This document shows positions 11,950 through 24,700 of a stretch of DNA of 64,000 bases, in pieces. A program made the position numbers and the translations under genes. Under the pieces are notes generated by a model. That model worked only from the letters and a program-made list of their open reading frames with translations. It was not told the origin of the DNA and ran no database searches. This stretch comes from Podospora anserina (taxonomy: Eukaryota), in NCBI GenBank assembly GCA_017654855.1, contig CM030338.1, forward strand, positions 3,472,001-3,536,000, written 5' to 3'. Numbering within the stretch: the first letter of the stretch is position 1; every line of letters begins with the position of its first letter.

Positions 11950-13347
11950 ATGGAACAAATCACACAACCAAGCACACGGGATCAAAATGCCGGCCATGGA
12001 CTCGAGCAGGATATCACTGTACGGCCAAATGAAAATGATGAATGGCACGAGAGCATCAGGGACGCATTACGGATACTAGACCTACCAGACAACTTCACCG
12101 TTGGGCTCGACCTGATGACCATGACTACCACCACCAGCCTCCAAGGGTTTCAGAAAATCCCGCCAGGGCGTCATTTTCTTTGGGTGCAACAACCAGGTGC
12201 TCCCTTCCGGTCAGGGTACTGGTTCGTGTCAAAAAATTGGCGAGGAGATTTTTGGATCATAAAGTGGGACAAGTTCAACGAGGTGCTGGCCGAACTGACT
12301 CCCGAGGAGAAGAAGGATGCTGTTGACAGAGCGGATTTCGAGAAACTCGTACCATACACCCTTGATGGGCTGACCAACAACAAGGGCCGGTCCGGTGGTG
12401 AACCGGTAGTTGCTGATTACTCGTTTGCACCCACTGACTCTTTGCAGCCGGTTTGGTCACGAGATCCTGCGTCCCTCTGGGCCATGCTGACGGATGATAT
12501 TACTACCGACACCATTCCTCGAAACAAATTGGAGCCACGTAACAACGAATTTCTTGTCGATTCGACTACTGATCGCAGGCCAGACCTGCCGCTGGAAAGT
12601 AGTTCAGCAATGCAAGCAAAATACGATGGCCAGTTTCACTTTATCCCGTTCTCCCACATACCGAGGGAAGCCGGGTCCGGAAGATTAATTGGCAGACCAC
12701 ACGACGAAATAATGGACGAGATACTCTCCGAGATACATTTCTCCTTTCTGACCGGAACTTTGCTCAGCAACCTGGCCTGCCTTGAGCACTGGTGGGACTT
12801 GGTGTTGAGAGTGGTGTTGAAATCCTGGGATTTGGTTTGGGCACGACCGAAGTTTGTGGGGGACATGATTACGATTCTGCATGCCCAGTTGTACTTCACA
12901 GAGGTGTGTCTTGAGGGGGACAACACGCCTGTGTTGGGTGGGGCCAAGGGGAAGTCCAAGACTGAGGCTGGTCCGAATCCGGATAGGGTGTTGTATCAGG
13001 TCAAGAGGGGAAGCAGGGAACGGTTGAAGAAGGCGCTGGAGAGCTTTAGACAGGACATGAAGACTCGTGTTCAGGGGCAGGACACGATAATTCGTATTCC
13101 AGGGCGGAGTGGGAAGATTGCAGAGGCCAGGAAGAGGTTTGAAGAGTTGGAATGCTTCTTGTTTGGTTTGGGCTGGGACCTTGGGGGAAAGGGTTCTGGT
13201 GCCAACAGAGAGGACAGCAGCAGTAGCGAGGATGAGGATGCAAAGGAGGACGAGAACTGGAATAGCGAAGATGATGATGATCAGCCGGTTATGGTTGAGT
13301 TGGACGAGAAGGGAAGAGAAGTCGGGCTGGTCAGCTTTAACGACTAG
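11950..13347 (+). CDS. AAR2: AAR2-family U5 snRNP assembly factor (465 aa, intronless)
   Basis: N-terminal LDLPDNFTVGLD...FQKIPPGRHFLW...RSGYWF...KWDKFNE and C-terminal LSEIHFSFLTGTLLSNLACLEHW fit the AAR2 domains. Acidic tail ending DDDDQPVMVELDE. Confidence 0.85.
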   Translation: MEQITQPSTRDQNAGHGLEQDITVRPNENDEWHESIRDALRILDLPDNFTVGLDLMTMTTTTSLQGFQKIPPGRHFLWVQQPGAPFRSGYWFVSKNWRGDFWIIKWDKFNEVLAELTPEEKKDAVDRADFEKLVPYTLDGLTNNKGRSGGEPVVADYSFAPTDSLQPVWSRDPASLWAMLTDDITTDTIPRNKLEPRNNEFLVDSTTDRRPDLPLESSSAMQAKYDGQFHFIPFSHIPREAGSGRLIGRPHDEIMDEILSEIHFSFLTGTLLSNLACLEHWWDLVLRVVLKSWDLVWARPKFVGDMITILHAQLYFTEVCLEGDNTPVLGGAKGKSKTEAGPNPDRVLYQVKRGSRERLKKALESFRQDMKTRVQGQDTIIRIPGRSGKIAEARKRFEELECFLFGLGWDLGGKGSGANREDSSSSEDEDAKEDENWNSEDDDDQPVMVELDEKGREVGLVSFND

Positions 13348-13812
13348 CTGTGTTGGCGCTTTGCTGTGGTGTTGGAACGCGGGACAATTGAAGGCCCAGC
13401 TCTTTGGTGGTTATCTTCTCGGGGGGGCTTGGATTGGTCTTTGGGTGCATGGTGCAGAAAAATGATTCCTGAAAGCTGTTGGTAAAGTTGGGCTGGTGCT
13501 TTGAGTCCTGTCATAACCAAGCTTGCGTATTTGGCAAGCTTATTGTGGCTGACAGGTGCCCCTGAATCACTGTTTATTTGCCAAGCCAGGGGTGCCTCCG
13601 GTGGTTGCTGTGGGCGAACGGCCCAGTGGGACTTCCCCGGATTCCCCAACTGTGGCTGCTTATCTCATCGCCCCGCCTCCCACCTTGAAGCTACCCGCTT
13701 TCATTCATCATTCGTCACCAACCTCACTCATTCACCAACTCACCCTGCTCATAATCCCCAACACCAAAACACCCTGCTCTCATTGGTCCAAGGAAAGCCT
13801 AACACCGAAATC

Positions 13813-14634
13813 ATGTCCCGCAAAGGCGTCGGCCTCGCCGCCTTTGATCGCTCCCGCCTCACCTCGGCCTCGTACGCAAACCACGGCACCGCCCTCCGCA
13901 CCACCAACGCCCAAGCCCTCGAAACTCAGCTCTCCGTCTTTCGCTCCCTCCTCCAGCAGTTTGCACAGCAACACGGCAAAGAAATCCGCTCCAACCCCTC
14001 TTTCCGCGCCCAGTTTGCCCGGATGTGCACCGCCATCGGGGTGGACTTTCTGGCCGCCTCGGCCAGCCACGAAGGCAGCGGGGGAAAGGGAGGGGAGAGC
14101 TCCATCTGGGGCCAGCTGCTAGGGAGGACGGTGAACGACTTTTACTTTGAGCTCGCGGTGAAAGTGGTGGAGGTTTGCTCTGACACGAGGGGGGAGAACG
14201 GGGGGTTGATTGAGGTGAGGAAGGTGAGGGAGCTGCTGCAGGTGAGGCAGGAGAAGCAGATGGGCGATCCGGGGCAGAAGGAAGGGGGGGGGTTGACGGA
14301 GGATGATGTACTGCGGGCGGTAGGGACGCTCAAGCCGTTGGGGTCGGCGTACTCGATTGTGAGGGTGGGGTCGAAGCCGTATATTCGGTCGGTGCCGAAG
14401 GAGCTGAATACGGATCAGAGTGCTGTGTTGCAGGCGGTGCAGGTGCTGGGGTATGTGTCGGTTTCGATGTTGATGGTGAATTTGAAGTGGGCGAGGGCGA
14501 GGGCCAAGACGGCGGTGGAGGATTTGGTCGGGGAGGGGATGCTGTGGGTTGATAAGCAGGCTGGGGGTGAGTGGGATTACTGGAGTCCTGGGTTTATGCT
14601 GGAGGGGCAGGACGGTGGTGGGTTTGGGGGGTGA
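13813..14634 (+). CDS. SNF8: ESCRT-II subunit Snf8/Vps22 (EAP30 family), 273 aa
   Basis: MSRKGVGLAAF, FRAQFARMCTAIGVD, DFYFELAVKVVEVC...ENGGLI, IRSVPKELNTDQ and GMLWVDKQ are EAP30/Vps22 motifs. ATG at 13813 in an ATCATG context. Confidence 0.93.
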   Translation: MSRKGVGLAAFDRSRLTSASYANHGTALRTTNAQALETQLSVFRSLLQQFAQQHGKEIRSNPSFRAQFARMCTAIGVDFLAASASHEGSGGKGGESSIWGQLLGRTVNDFYFELAVKVVEVCSDTRGENGGLIEVRKVRELLQVRQEKQMGDPGQKEGGGLTEDDVLRAVGTLKPLGSAYSIVRVGSKPYIRSVPKELNTDQSAVLQAVQVLGYVSVSMLMVNLKWARARAKTAVEDLVGEGMLWVDKQAGGEWDYWSPGFMLEGQDGGGFGG

Positions 14635-15469
14635 GGGAGTGGTGATGATGGCTGGTGACGAGCTGAACCGATGTGGATGAGAAAATTCCCACCCTACCGG
14701 CTCAGCGTTGTCAAAATCATGCTGTCTTGTTGCCCTCAAGATAAACTGCAGGCATCATTGTTTGGAGACGCCTCTGGATTCGCCCCATCTCACCATACAC
14801 AAGACTCAGACGCAGGCGCTTTCAACCCCGACCAGACGAGGCCTCATCATTTGGGTCCAAAAGCAACCTACCTCACAGGCTTTCGAGGTCTAGGTTACTG
14901 CGGTTTGTACAGGTTCTGGTTGTGTTCTAGGAATGAAAAATGATTGGGACAGGATAAAACACAACAAAATCGACCAGAGGCCCTCTCAGGAGAGCCGTTG
15001 TGCATGGGGAACCTTGATGACGGTTTATATCATGGTTGGTAATTTGATGTTTTTAAATTAGATGGACAACCCAACACTGAACTCGGTGTTGAATTTAAGA
15101 ATAACATTTATTTGTACGATTGTTGTCTCTTGGATTGCATGTTTGACACCGGATGGCAAGTGGCATATTGCATTATCGATTGTTGTCTGTCATCTTAAAA
15201 AACAAGCAAGGGGCTCTGCCTAATCATTTAAAGCAAATAGCCACCCAAAGCGAGAAATACAACGCTGTAGAAAGGGTATCCCCCATACGCTGAAAGATCC
15301 GGCCCCTATAACCCAACATGACAAGGGGTGAACAAATTGCCATTTGAGAAAAAGAAATGACATAACCTTTATGCATGCAACACAGCTAGTGCAGCCCACT
15401 GGCTGTTCCACTCGCTCTACTACTTCTGCTCCTACAACGTAAGATATTCAGCTGTGAATGCCTCCCCCA

Positions 15470-17012
15470 TTACTGCTCGTTGGACATTCCTGAACTGGGG
15501 CTCAAACCCGGGGGTACCCCCAGAGTGGGGGTTGTCAGCTCTGTAGTATCTGCAACGCCATTGGCTGTCGTTGTGACAACAATGTCTGCAGTCCCGAACT
15601 CAACTGCCTCCTCGGTCAAGGCCACCCCCTCGATAACCTCCAAAGGTTCAGATCCAAAGATGTCCATCCCATTGGCCTCTTCCGCATCTGTTTTGTTGTG
15701 CTCGGCGTGTTCAAAGGATGAGGACAGATCAGTCTCGGATTCGGTATCGTCATCCTTGACGGAAGTGGTGTAGCCCGGGGCCGTGATACGAGTCCATAGG
15801 CCATCCAAGTCGACGGAGAAGACTGGCTCGGCTGTCGTTGGTGGCGAGGCTAGTACCGGAGGGCCAAAAGTCGAGATGGAGGCAATCGGATCCCCCGTAT
15901 CCTGATCGTAAACCATGCCTGTCGATTCCGTCATGACGTGGTCATCAATGATCTCGTTGGGTGAGACCGAAGAAGAAGAAGAAGCTACAGGGGCACGGGC
16001 TTTGTGGCCACGGGGCTGGTTCGTGGGAATACGTCAGTGGAATCTCAGGGTACATGGGATAAAAAGAGAATGGACTTACCAGTGGAACAGGCCGACATCC
16101 CAAGTTCTTTACAGTCTCCGCATCGACACATGGCCTCATTTTCACTTGGCTGAACGAATACCCAGTGGCTACAGTGGGAGGTATATCTCCGTTCAGAACA
16201 CCATCCAGACTAACCCAAGACTTTTGTCTACCGATAGGGTGGCATCTGTGACAGACTTTGTGCTGACACTCATACTTGGGGTCCGGCATCCAAGGACGGT
16301 CGTCATCGGGGTATTTGAACCCGTACTGATTGTTGAAGTCCTGGTCCCGAAGACGCTCGTTAGTTATCACGTCCAGGACGTGGTCGCGTTGGGCGAGAAT
16401 CTCCTTCAACTCTTCTGGAGTGTAGTTCCAGAGTTGCTCCTGTGATATTTCGTCCAAGAAGCTGTACTTTTCGCTTCGTGCGTCTGCGCCGTGTTTGCCG
16501 AGTGTCATTTGCTGGGAAAAGTTGTGGCCCAGTTGATCAAAGGCAATCTTGGGGGGTTTATGTTAACAAATGATTCTGTATGTGAGTTTGAGTGAAGAGG
16601 CACGTACCTGGAAACCGAGTTCTTTTATCCCAATAATCAGAGGTTCTCGGTCCATGACACAGCGATACAGCCACCCAAATGGGTGAGACCTCTTGCAGCT
16701 ATCGCACTTGAATCGCTCGTTGACCTGGTACAGTGTTGACATGACGGAATGGTGGCAGTTTGGCCTCCAGGCGCGGGAGAGTCGAGCTGGAGGTCTGAGC
16801 TGGTAGGCTGTGAGGCTTGAGAGTGGGATGCTCATATCGTGCGGACGTACGGGCACGGCCTGGGGATCGTAGTTTGACAGCGCGAGATTACGAGGCAAAA
16901 CTCTCTGCTTCCCCTTTCCCTCATCATCATTATCACCATAAGGTGGACTCTGCTGTTGTTGTGGTGGGCCTGAGAAGCCCGGGGGTGGCTTTGATGGGGG
17001 TGTGGTGCCCAT
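15470..17012 (-). CDS. Hypothetical protein with Cys/His (possible Zn-binding) motifs, ~472 aa; exons 17012-16608, 16547-16080, 16015-15470
   Basis: Three ORFs join in frame through canonical introns 16548-16607 (GTACGT..AAG) and 16016-16079 (GTAAGT..CTGAC..CAG). Motifs CHH, CDSCKR..GWLYRC and CQHKVCHRCH; acidic, disordered C-terminus. Confidence 0.75.
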
Positions 17013-18764
17013 GTTGTCGAATAGCGATGAAGGAAGAGGCCTAAAGATGGCATCCAGATTACAGAAACAACGCTAGCGAGCTTGCTCGGCTTTTTTATTA
17101 TTATGGATTATGACGGAGCAGTCAAGTCGCTGACGATTTCGGCGGAGACAGCCATAGATTCCGGAGCCAGGCAGACTCACCTGAAGGTCGCAGGCGTGGG
17201 CTTGGAAAGCCGAGCACTCCCTTAGCCAGTAATATTCATCGCGTTTGCTTACCTTCAGGATTGGCAGGAGCACAAACTGGAAAACCATTCAAAGCTTCCA
17301 TCCATCGCGCCTTCCTTCTTCTCCACCACAAGCCTAGAGCCAAAGCCACCAAGACCCAGGTGAACGGGAAGGTGGGGAGATGGGCAAACGCTCTTTCCCA
17401 CGACCAAAGCTTGACATCAGAACTCAGATAAAACACCTATCATCACCAGAGAAATACAACACCTACCTGCGATGGGTTCCTTTTCTTCTGCTTTGCTTGA
17501 CATGATCCTAATGTATTTAGCTCCCGGTTGCCTCCTTGAAACAGAACTCAACATTGCCATCCGTTTTGTACAACATCGGGCAAGGCTGGGATGTCACCAG
17601 CTCAAGGCCACAACCACACACAATTCATCCGTTCGGTCTGCCTACATTGAGGGTTTTGTGAGTCTGTGGCGGGGTCTTCTCTTCTCTGACCTACGAGGTG
17701 TGTAGGTGGAGATGTGGAGGGGAGTGAGTGTCGTTCATGCCTATCCGAGCCAGACTACACATGTGCAGAGTACCTAGATTGATGTGATGGAACAAGCCTT
17801 CTAGAAAACCACTAGATACTTGTACACGCAGGAGAAGATGTCCATTGTGGATGAGGTGGAGGTGAAGTTAAAGGTCCAAGACATGGATGGCATGCGGCTC
17901 ATGAAAAACCGGGGCTGTGTTATCGCCATTTAAGGCTGGCAGTGGAGCTACCGAGGAAGCTTTCCCACAGCTTCCGTTCATTCCATTGCTGACTTCTTCG
18001 TCGGATAGCAGTGCCAAATGGCCATGTCACAGCCAATCAGACATTTTGGACATCCCGAAACCCTGTGCGTCAAGGCGTGGTGCTTGTGGTCTGGATGACT
18101 GGCCCAGACGAGCTGAGATCTGGAGGAAGCAGTGAGAGCGACAGGGATGAATGGGCAGGGATCAGACGTTGCCGTGTGCTGTTGTGCTGTGGTTGCTGTC
18201 GCTCTCAGCAGCTGTGGGGGAAAACAAAAGCCTCGGGCCATGGGAAGAACAACCAATCAGCGGCGTCCCCTGTGGTCTGCATTCAGGTCCCCACACGCCT
18301 GTCTTGAAGGGCGGGCCCCTGTCGCGACGCCCGTCGATGGGGGGAGAGCTCGTCTGCTCCCCCCCAGCGCCCCAATCCGATCCAAAAAACCAGCCTCCCC
18401 GTTTCCCGAGCTGGTGCAAGCCGAGATTTCGCGACGACGGCCATCTCTCCTCGATCCTCTTCACCGTACCATTCCTGCATCACACTGGTGAGTTGTTCTT
18501 TTTGCCTACCCCAGAGCATTTGTCATTTCCAAGCCCAATTGGCTTTCTCCTCCAGCTGCGACGCGCCTCCGTTTCGTTTGACTTGCAGCCGTCGTCATCG
18601 GGATTCGAGACCCGCCCTGTTGCCCCCGTACTCTCTCCACTGTTGTAAACAAAGCGTTGACCTGGGCACAAGGTAGACAGACCACCGACACCGAACTGTG
18701 CGCCGCCGCCGCGACACCGAACGAGTTATACATATAGCTAGATGCCGATTTGACCGCGCCGACC

Positions 18765-19705
18765 ATGTCGTCCATCAAGATTGAGCGGGACACCGTTCAG
18801 CAGACCATCACCGATGCCGCCAAGAGCGTGAGCAAGAAGGATGTTGGCTTCGTGGGCAGCACCGCCGCCGCCATCGCCGAGGCTGCCCACGGCGACCTTC
18901 CCGGCACCACTGGAAAGCATCCCATCTCGGCCGTCGTCGGTACTGCCCTCACCGGCGGCAGAAAGAATGCCGGGACAAAGGGTTACCTCGCTGCCTACCT
19001 CCGCCAACTAGAGACCAACCCTCTGCGGACCAAGATGCTCACGGCCGGCACGCTCGCTGGCGCTCAGGAGTTGATCGCATCGTGGCTGGCCAAGGACCGC
19101 AACAAGCATGGCAACTACTTCACATCCCGCGTGCCCAAGATGGCCACCTATGGCGCACTTGTCAGCGCTCCCCTCGGCCACTTTTTGATCTGGCTCTTGC
19201 AGAAGACCTTCAGCGGCCGTACCAGCCTGCGTGCCAAGATCTTGCAGATTCTCGTCAGCAATTTGATTGTAGGTCTCCTGTGACACGGCTATGTTGAATC
19301 AGGCCATGATGTGCTAACCACAGTTGTTTCTTCAAGATTGCCCCCATCCAAAACACCGTCTACCTCGTCGCCATGGCCTTGATCGCGGGTGCCAAGAACT
19401 TCCACCAAGTAAAGGCCACGGTCAAGGTTGGCTTCTGGAAGGTGATGAAGGTGAGCTGGATCACCTCGCCTCTCTGCCTGGCCTTTGCCCAGAAGTTCCT
19501 GCCCGAGCACACATGGTTGCCCTTCTTCAACCTTGTGTCCTTCATCATCGGCACCTACATCAACACCATCACCAAGAAGAAGCGCCTGGCGGCCCTCCGC
19601 AAGAAGCACTTTGGTGAGGGCCGCGCTCCCGGCCCCAGCGGTGCCCCCTCGACTCTGGGCCGCCCTGAGGATTACCCCCCTCTCGGCCCAAACCCCCCTT
19701 ACTAA
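18765..19705 (+). CDS. wsc: PMP22/Mpv17-family peroxisomal membrane protein, probable Woronin sorting complex protein (290 aa); exons 18765-19268, 19337-19705
   Basis: YLAAYLRQLETNPLRTKMLTAG, YFTSRVPKMATYGALVSAPLGHFL, SWITSPLCLAFAQKFLPEHTWLPFFNLVSFIIGTYIN and KKKRL resemble Pezizomycotina WSC proteins (recalled, not searched). Intron GTAGGT..GCTAAC..AAG. Confidence 0.8.
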
Positions 19706-20272
19706 ATTTTGGGGGTTCCATAATAAAGCTATCGAGGGAACCGTGATGTGCCTGCCAAAGAGGAAAACGTGTGACCGCTTCTCTCGTGTTTCTCTGGAAT
19801 ATGTCTGAATAAAAGGGGGAAGGGACACATGTCTAATGTCAGTGGGGCGGAAGGATTGGAAAGGGCAATGATGGTTGGCTGGATGGATATTTTCTAGTTA
19901 CGATGATACATGTGTATGCGTGTGTGATGTGTCCGAGCGCGAGCGAGATTCTGTATTTTCGGTTGGCGAGAAGCAGGAATCCTTGCTTTCAGAAGGGAGT
20001 TATTTATTCTTTGTGTTTGTCTTGAAAGGAAAGGTGGAGGGGTGGTTGGATACCTGATTTGCACAATTTTGGTTGGTTTTTATTTTATTTATTTTTCTCT
20101 CGATTTGTTCATGAATCAGCTATTTTCCCTGGACTTTGGGACCTGAGCTCGAGGTTTTGGTCTTGGGGGGCAAGAAAGATGAAAATAAGATGGATATATG
20201 TTTACTGTCTTGGTTTAGACTACCGCGTGTATGTTCTGCTGAAACGTTTTGACGAAAAAAAAAACGATTCTT

Positions 20273-20989
20273 TCAGATAGGAATCGCCCTCATCTCCTCT
20301 AACGTCCAGTACTTCCTCATCGTCTCCGCCTCCAGCTCCTTGACCTCGTCATCCAGATGCTTCATCAGCACCTCCCCCCAGGTGTCCATCTTTTCCTTGA
20401 GGACCGACAGCTCCAAGTCGACCTCGCGGCTCTTGCACATGAGGATGTACTCGTGCAGCTGGTCCATCCCCTCGTGGATCAGCTCGTGCTGCCTCAGCAG
20501 CTTGTTGCTCTTGCCGGCCTTGAACTGGGGCATCTTCTTGGCCAGGATGGGGTAGAGGTGGGTCTCCTCGATGGAGTGGTGAGACTCGAGGTAGCGGACC
20601 AGCCGAAGGCCCTCGTCGAGGAACTGCTTGAGGGACATGTTTTGGGGGCGGCGGGAGTTGACGCAGGCTGTGTAGAGGATTGTCCACATTCCTACAAAGT
20701 GGTCGTGCTGGAGAGGTAAGAAGGGAAAATGAGAGATGAGTATGTGAGGGAATAGAGTGAAACAAACAAAGGTATGGCAAAATATGAACAAGCTTACAAA
20801 GTACTTCATTTGTTCAGCTAAGCGGTTGTAGATTTTGAACTCGGTTGGTGACAGTGGCGGCAGTGACGAAGTTGTTGCAGTGGACGACGCATCGTCATTG
20901 GCAGTAGGAGTGGTTGGCTGGGGAGATGAAGTCTGAGTGGTTGATTCATCTGTATTCACAGCAGCCTTTGCTTGCTCTGTGTCTGCCAT
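20273..20989 (-). CDS. Hemerythrin/HHE cation-binding domain protein (~208 aa); exons 20989-20798, 20707-20273
   Basis: Motifs FHDHF, LESHHSIEETHLYPIL, QHELIH and HLDDEV. A 90-nt intron 20708-20797 (GTAAGC..CAG). Confidence 0.85.
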   Translation of the reverse strand: MADTEQAKAAVNTDESTTQTSSPQPTTPTANDDASSTATTSSLPPLSPTEFKIYNRLAEQMKYFVSLFIFCHTFVCFTLFPHILISHFPFLPLQHDHFVGMWTILYTACVNSRRPQNMSLKQFLDEGLRLVRYLESHHSIEETHLYPILAKKMPQFKAGKSNKLLRQHELIHEGMDQLHEYILMCKSREVDLELSVLKEKMDTWGEVLMKHLDDEVKELEAETMRKYWTLEEMRAIPI

Positions 20990-21746
20990 GTTGGGCAATC
21001 TGTGTGTTGGCGGGTTGTTGAGCTTGGTGGTTTGATGTAATGCTCGATCTGCGCATGATGTTAGCCCAGGCACTGGATATAAGTAATAGACGCTCTACAG
21101 ACTCTGAACCTGCAACAGAGATTGAAAACGAAGTGAGGCTGTGAAAGGTGCCCTGCTTGTCCTGCGGCTCAGCACAATGACAGTGGTTCTCATCCGGGCA
21201 TCTAGCGCACCAAGAAATTGTTTTCTGCACAAATGACTCAAAGGTCTCGAGAAGGAATCAGTGTCTTCAGATAAATTGGTAATTGTCCAGTTCTGAGCCA
21301 CGATTGAGTCAGACTGTGGTCGCGCTCTTTCGGACTTGAGACCTCAAAGATCATTGTTACCAATAGGGGGGGTGTTGGTGATTTGGTAAGCAATTAGCAA
21401 TCCCAATCCCCTCACATTAGCCCCGGTCACTGCGCGGTATCCCCTTCTGGACTTACAATGACAAACCTCTATTACTGGAAATGCTCAGCGGACTTCTCTT
21501 GATATGGGGCACATATTGTATTTTCACGCCTTGGGACAAAAGGGGTATGATATTACATTTGTAACTCCATGAAATCCAGCCGCTATCGCTAAAACCCTGA
21601 TATCAGATGCCCGTGTTAACCGCCTGCTCGACCCAGATTCGCCACCATATCATACCCATAACCGTGAATATTTTCACCCCTGAAACTGCGATAACCATTA
21701 TTTGGCCATGAATGCTATAACTCAATGCCTTCCTCTTCTTTGAGGT

Positions 21747-24700
21747 TCACTGAAAATCGGGCTTGAGAGACCAAGTAGCTCGCATACTGGTTCCCTTCTT
21801 CTCCATCTGGGCCACCTTCCCAAGCGCAATCTTGAACTCTTCCGCCTGACGAGTACCTGTACAATACTGATTGAAATGATCCACCAAAAGCTTAGAGACG
21901 ACCTGACCACCATGGCGCTTGATAAAGGCAGGAATCATCTTTTCAAAGTCCTTGGCTCGAAGCGTCCTGTCTGGTGCTGGCTGGGCATTGGGAGTTCCTG
22001 GTCTCGAACCACTCGCACCAGCATTTCGGATGATGGCCGAACCTGGCGCAATACGTCTACGTGGTTGCACTGGTCGGCCAGCCTCTCCTACCTCACCTGT
22101 CCATGTCACGGTGCCAATAGGCACGTTGCGGGCTTGCTCGCCTGCGCGTCGAAGACTGAGAGCAGCTTGAGCGGCGATCCTGTTGGCTTCCTGCTGAATC
22201 ATCTTCTTGTCCGCCCTCACAGTCTTTTTGCCGTTCATAATCTTATCGTGCTCCAAGGCACTGTGGACCGACCTCGCGAAAAGTCCTTCCATCAGGCGAT
22301 CCTCTTCATTGGCTGGTGGGTCGGGTTCTGCTTTGAATGTCTCCAGACTAGCTACCCCCTCAATATTGCGGAGGTCGTTTCCCCCGTCATCCTGGGGCTC
22401 AGCCTTGACCGTAACGGAGGCGACTTCACGAGCAGCTGCCTTCTTTGCAGAAGGGCCGAGCAGAACCCTATCCTGCCCAGGTATAAGAAGCTCCTTGGGT
22501 CCGGATTTCATAAAGTTCTTGGCCTCACTTCCCTTGAACAACTGGCTCGTCTCTGTCATACCGTCTTCATACGAGCTGAGACTGAAAAGATCATGCAGAT
22601 CGTTGAGGTTGAAGTTGGTCTGTTGTTTCGGGTCTTTGAGTACCTTGTTGGACAGAAATTGCTTGAAAATCTGGCGATGATAGATCTTCTCCTCAATCGT
22701 GCCAGCCGTCATCAGGCGGTAAATAGTCACCTCCCTCTTCTGACCCAATCTCCACGCTCTCTCCCGTGCTTGTACGTCCGTAGACGGATTCCAGTCGGGA
22801 TCAAAGATGATGACTCGGTTAGCACCTGTCAAGTTCACCCCTAGTCCGCCGACCTTGGTTGTTAGCAAGAACACATCAAGACTTGGATCGTTGTTGAACT
22901 GGTCGACGAGGGTTTGGCGCTGCTTTATTGGTGTTTTGCCATCCATGCGCAGATACCTCACATCGTCCAGCCGCTGAACAAAAGCCTCAATGATATCTAG
23001 CATTTGTGTGCCCTGGGAGAATAACAGTGTCTTGTGTCCGAGTCGTTTCCACATCGGTAGCAGAGACTGGACGACTGCCATCTTGCCTGACTTCTCAACG
23101 CTCCCCCAGAGATATCCAGGCTCATTCTTAAGTCGGGGATTCAGCAGATCTGGATGATTACAGATCTTGCGAAGAATATCAATACCATAAAGCGACTGAC
23201 GGCTCCTATCAAGGATCGATGCCATTTCGTCCGACTTGAGAAAGAGCTCGTAGGCCTCCCGCTGGGGCTTGGAGAGCTTGCAAAACAGAACCTGTTCGCT
23301 CTTTTTCGGTAGATCCGCAGCAACGTCTACCTTGAGACGTTGAAGGAGATACGGGCTGATGGCCTCTTTGAGTGTCTCGGCGCATTTTTGTGCTGTCATG
23401 ATCTGAAGATTGGTCGCATTAGCGTAACCTCCGAGTTTGATGGGGACTTCGAACTGAGTCCGGAACGAAACCAGGGTCCCGAGGCGCATAGGAAAAATGA
23501 AATCGAAGAGTGACCAGAGCTCTGTGAGATTATTCTGCATTGGAGTGCCGGATAAGATGATCCTGTTTGGTGTTCGGAGCTCCTTGCAGTAGATTGTGAT
23601 TGCAGTGTTGGGATTCCGAATCTTGTGACCCTCGTCCAAAACAGCATAACCCCATTCCACGGGGATCAAAACATCGCCATAGGTTTGGAGACCGGCATAA
23701 GTGGTGACCAGCACATGGCCGTGTTTCACCACTTTGTCTACAATCTTCTTCGCTGCCTTGCTGGATTTGGCGGGACTTTTCTTATCCCAGTTATCCTCCA
23801 CATCTTCCTTTTTGCCCTCATCAAGGACGTTGAACATTCCACTGCCTGAAGAGTGTAGAATCGACACGCGGAGAGGTGGCCACCAGCGATGAAACTCGTT
23901 GACCCATTGCCGCAGAACGGTCGCCGGTGCAACTACAATGACTGGCTTGTTCAACATCTTGCTGTAATGTAAAGCCGCCACGAACGAGATCAGCTGTACT
24001 GTTTTACCGAGTCCCATCTCATCGCCGACGATGCCACCCACCTGCTGAGCATACAACTCAGCCAGCCATTGAACACCTGTCTTTTGGTAATCGAAAAGCG
24101 AAGGGTAAATGTCACCCGGGAGCTTCATTCCATTCTCAAATTGATGGTCAGGTTCGTCGGGAGAAGGCTTGAACCACTCTTCCTCGCCGTCCCACTCGCT
24201 CTCAACCTCTTGACCCAGTCTGAGCTGGCGGGCTCGCCTTGCACGACTTCTTCGCTTGACCCAATCTTCCAATCGGGCCTGATACACTGCTTCATTCCCG
24301 TCGTCAATGTTGCTCAAATCGACCTTTTCCTCACCAACGCCATCCGCCGCAGTAGCGACACCCTTCCCCCTTTTCCTCTTTTTCTTTGGAGTTGTGTCGG
24401 TCATGTCGAAATCATCCTCCAAAGACTCGTCCTCCTCATCATCTCTGGCACCGTCTTCTTCAGGCTCAAATTCGTCATCGGATCCTCCTTCGACCTCCTG
24501 CACAACTCTCCTCTTCTTTCTAGGCCGTAGCGAAAACTCCAACTCGGCCGTTGAACTGTTCTCGGTCTCCTCTGCAAACCCTGGCCTCCTTAGATTTTGA
24601 TGACTTCGCGGCCCGTCCCCGACCTGCTCCTCGAGTTCCTCCGCAACAGCCTCATCTTCAGCTTCAATAATCGCATCAGCGAGTTCTCCTTCCACACCAT

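Noticed and set aside
13501-13812. 104-codon N-terminal extension of SNF8 from TTG
   Set aside because: The family N-terminus (MSRKGVG) starts at ATG 13813; the extension looks like promoter/UTR sequence.
21876-22844. Long antisense ORFs over RAD26 (similar ones over SNF8, PRP8 and eIF3c)
   Set aside because: These are typical shadow ORFs caused by codon bias in GC-rich coding sequence and contain no recognisable motifs.
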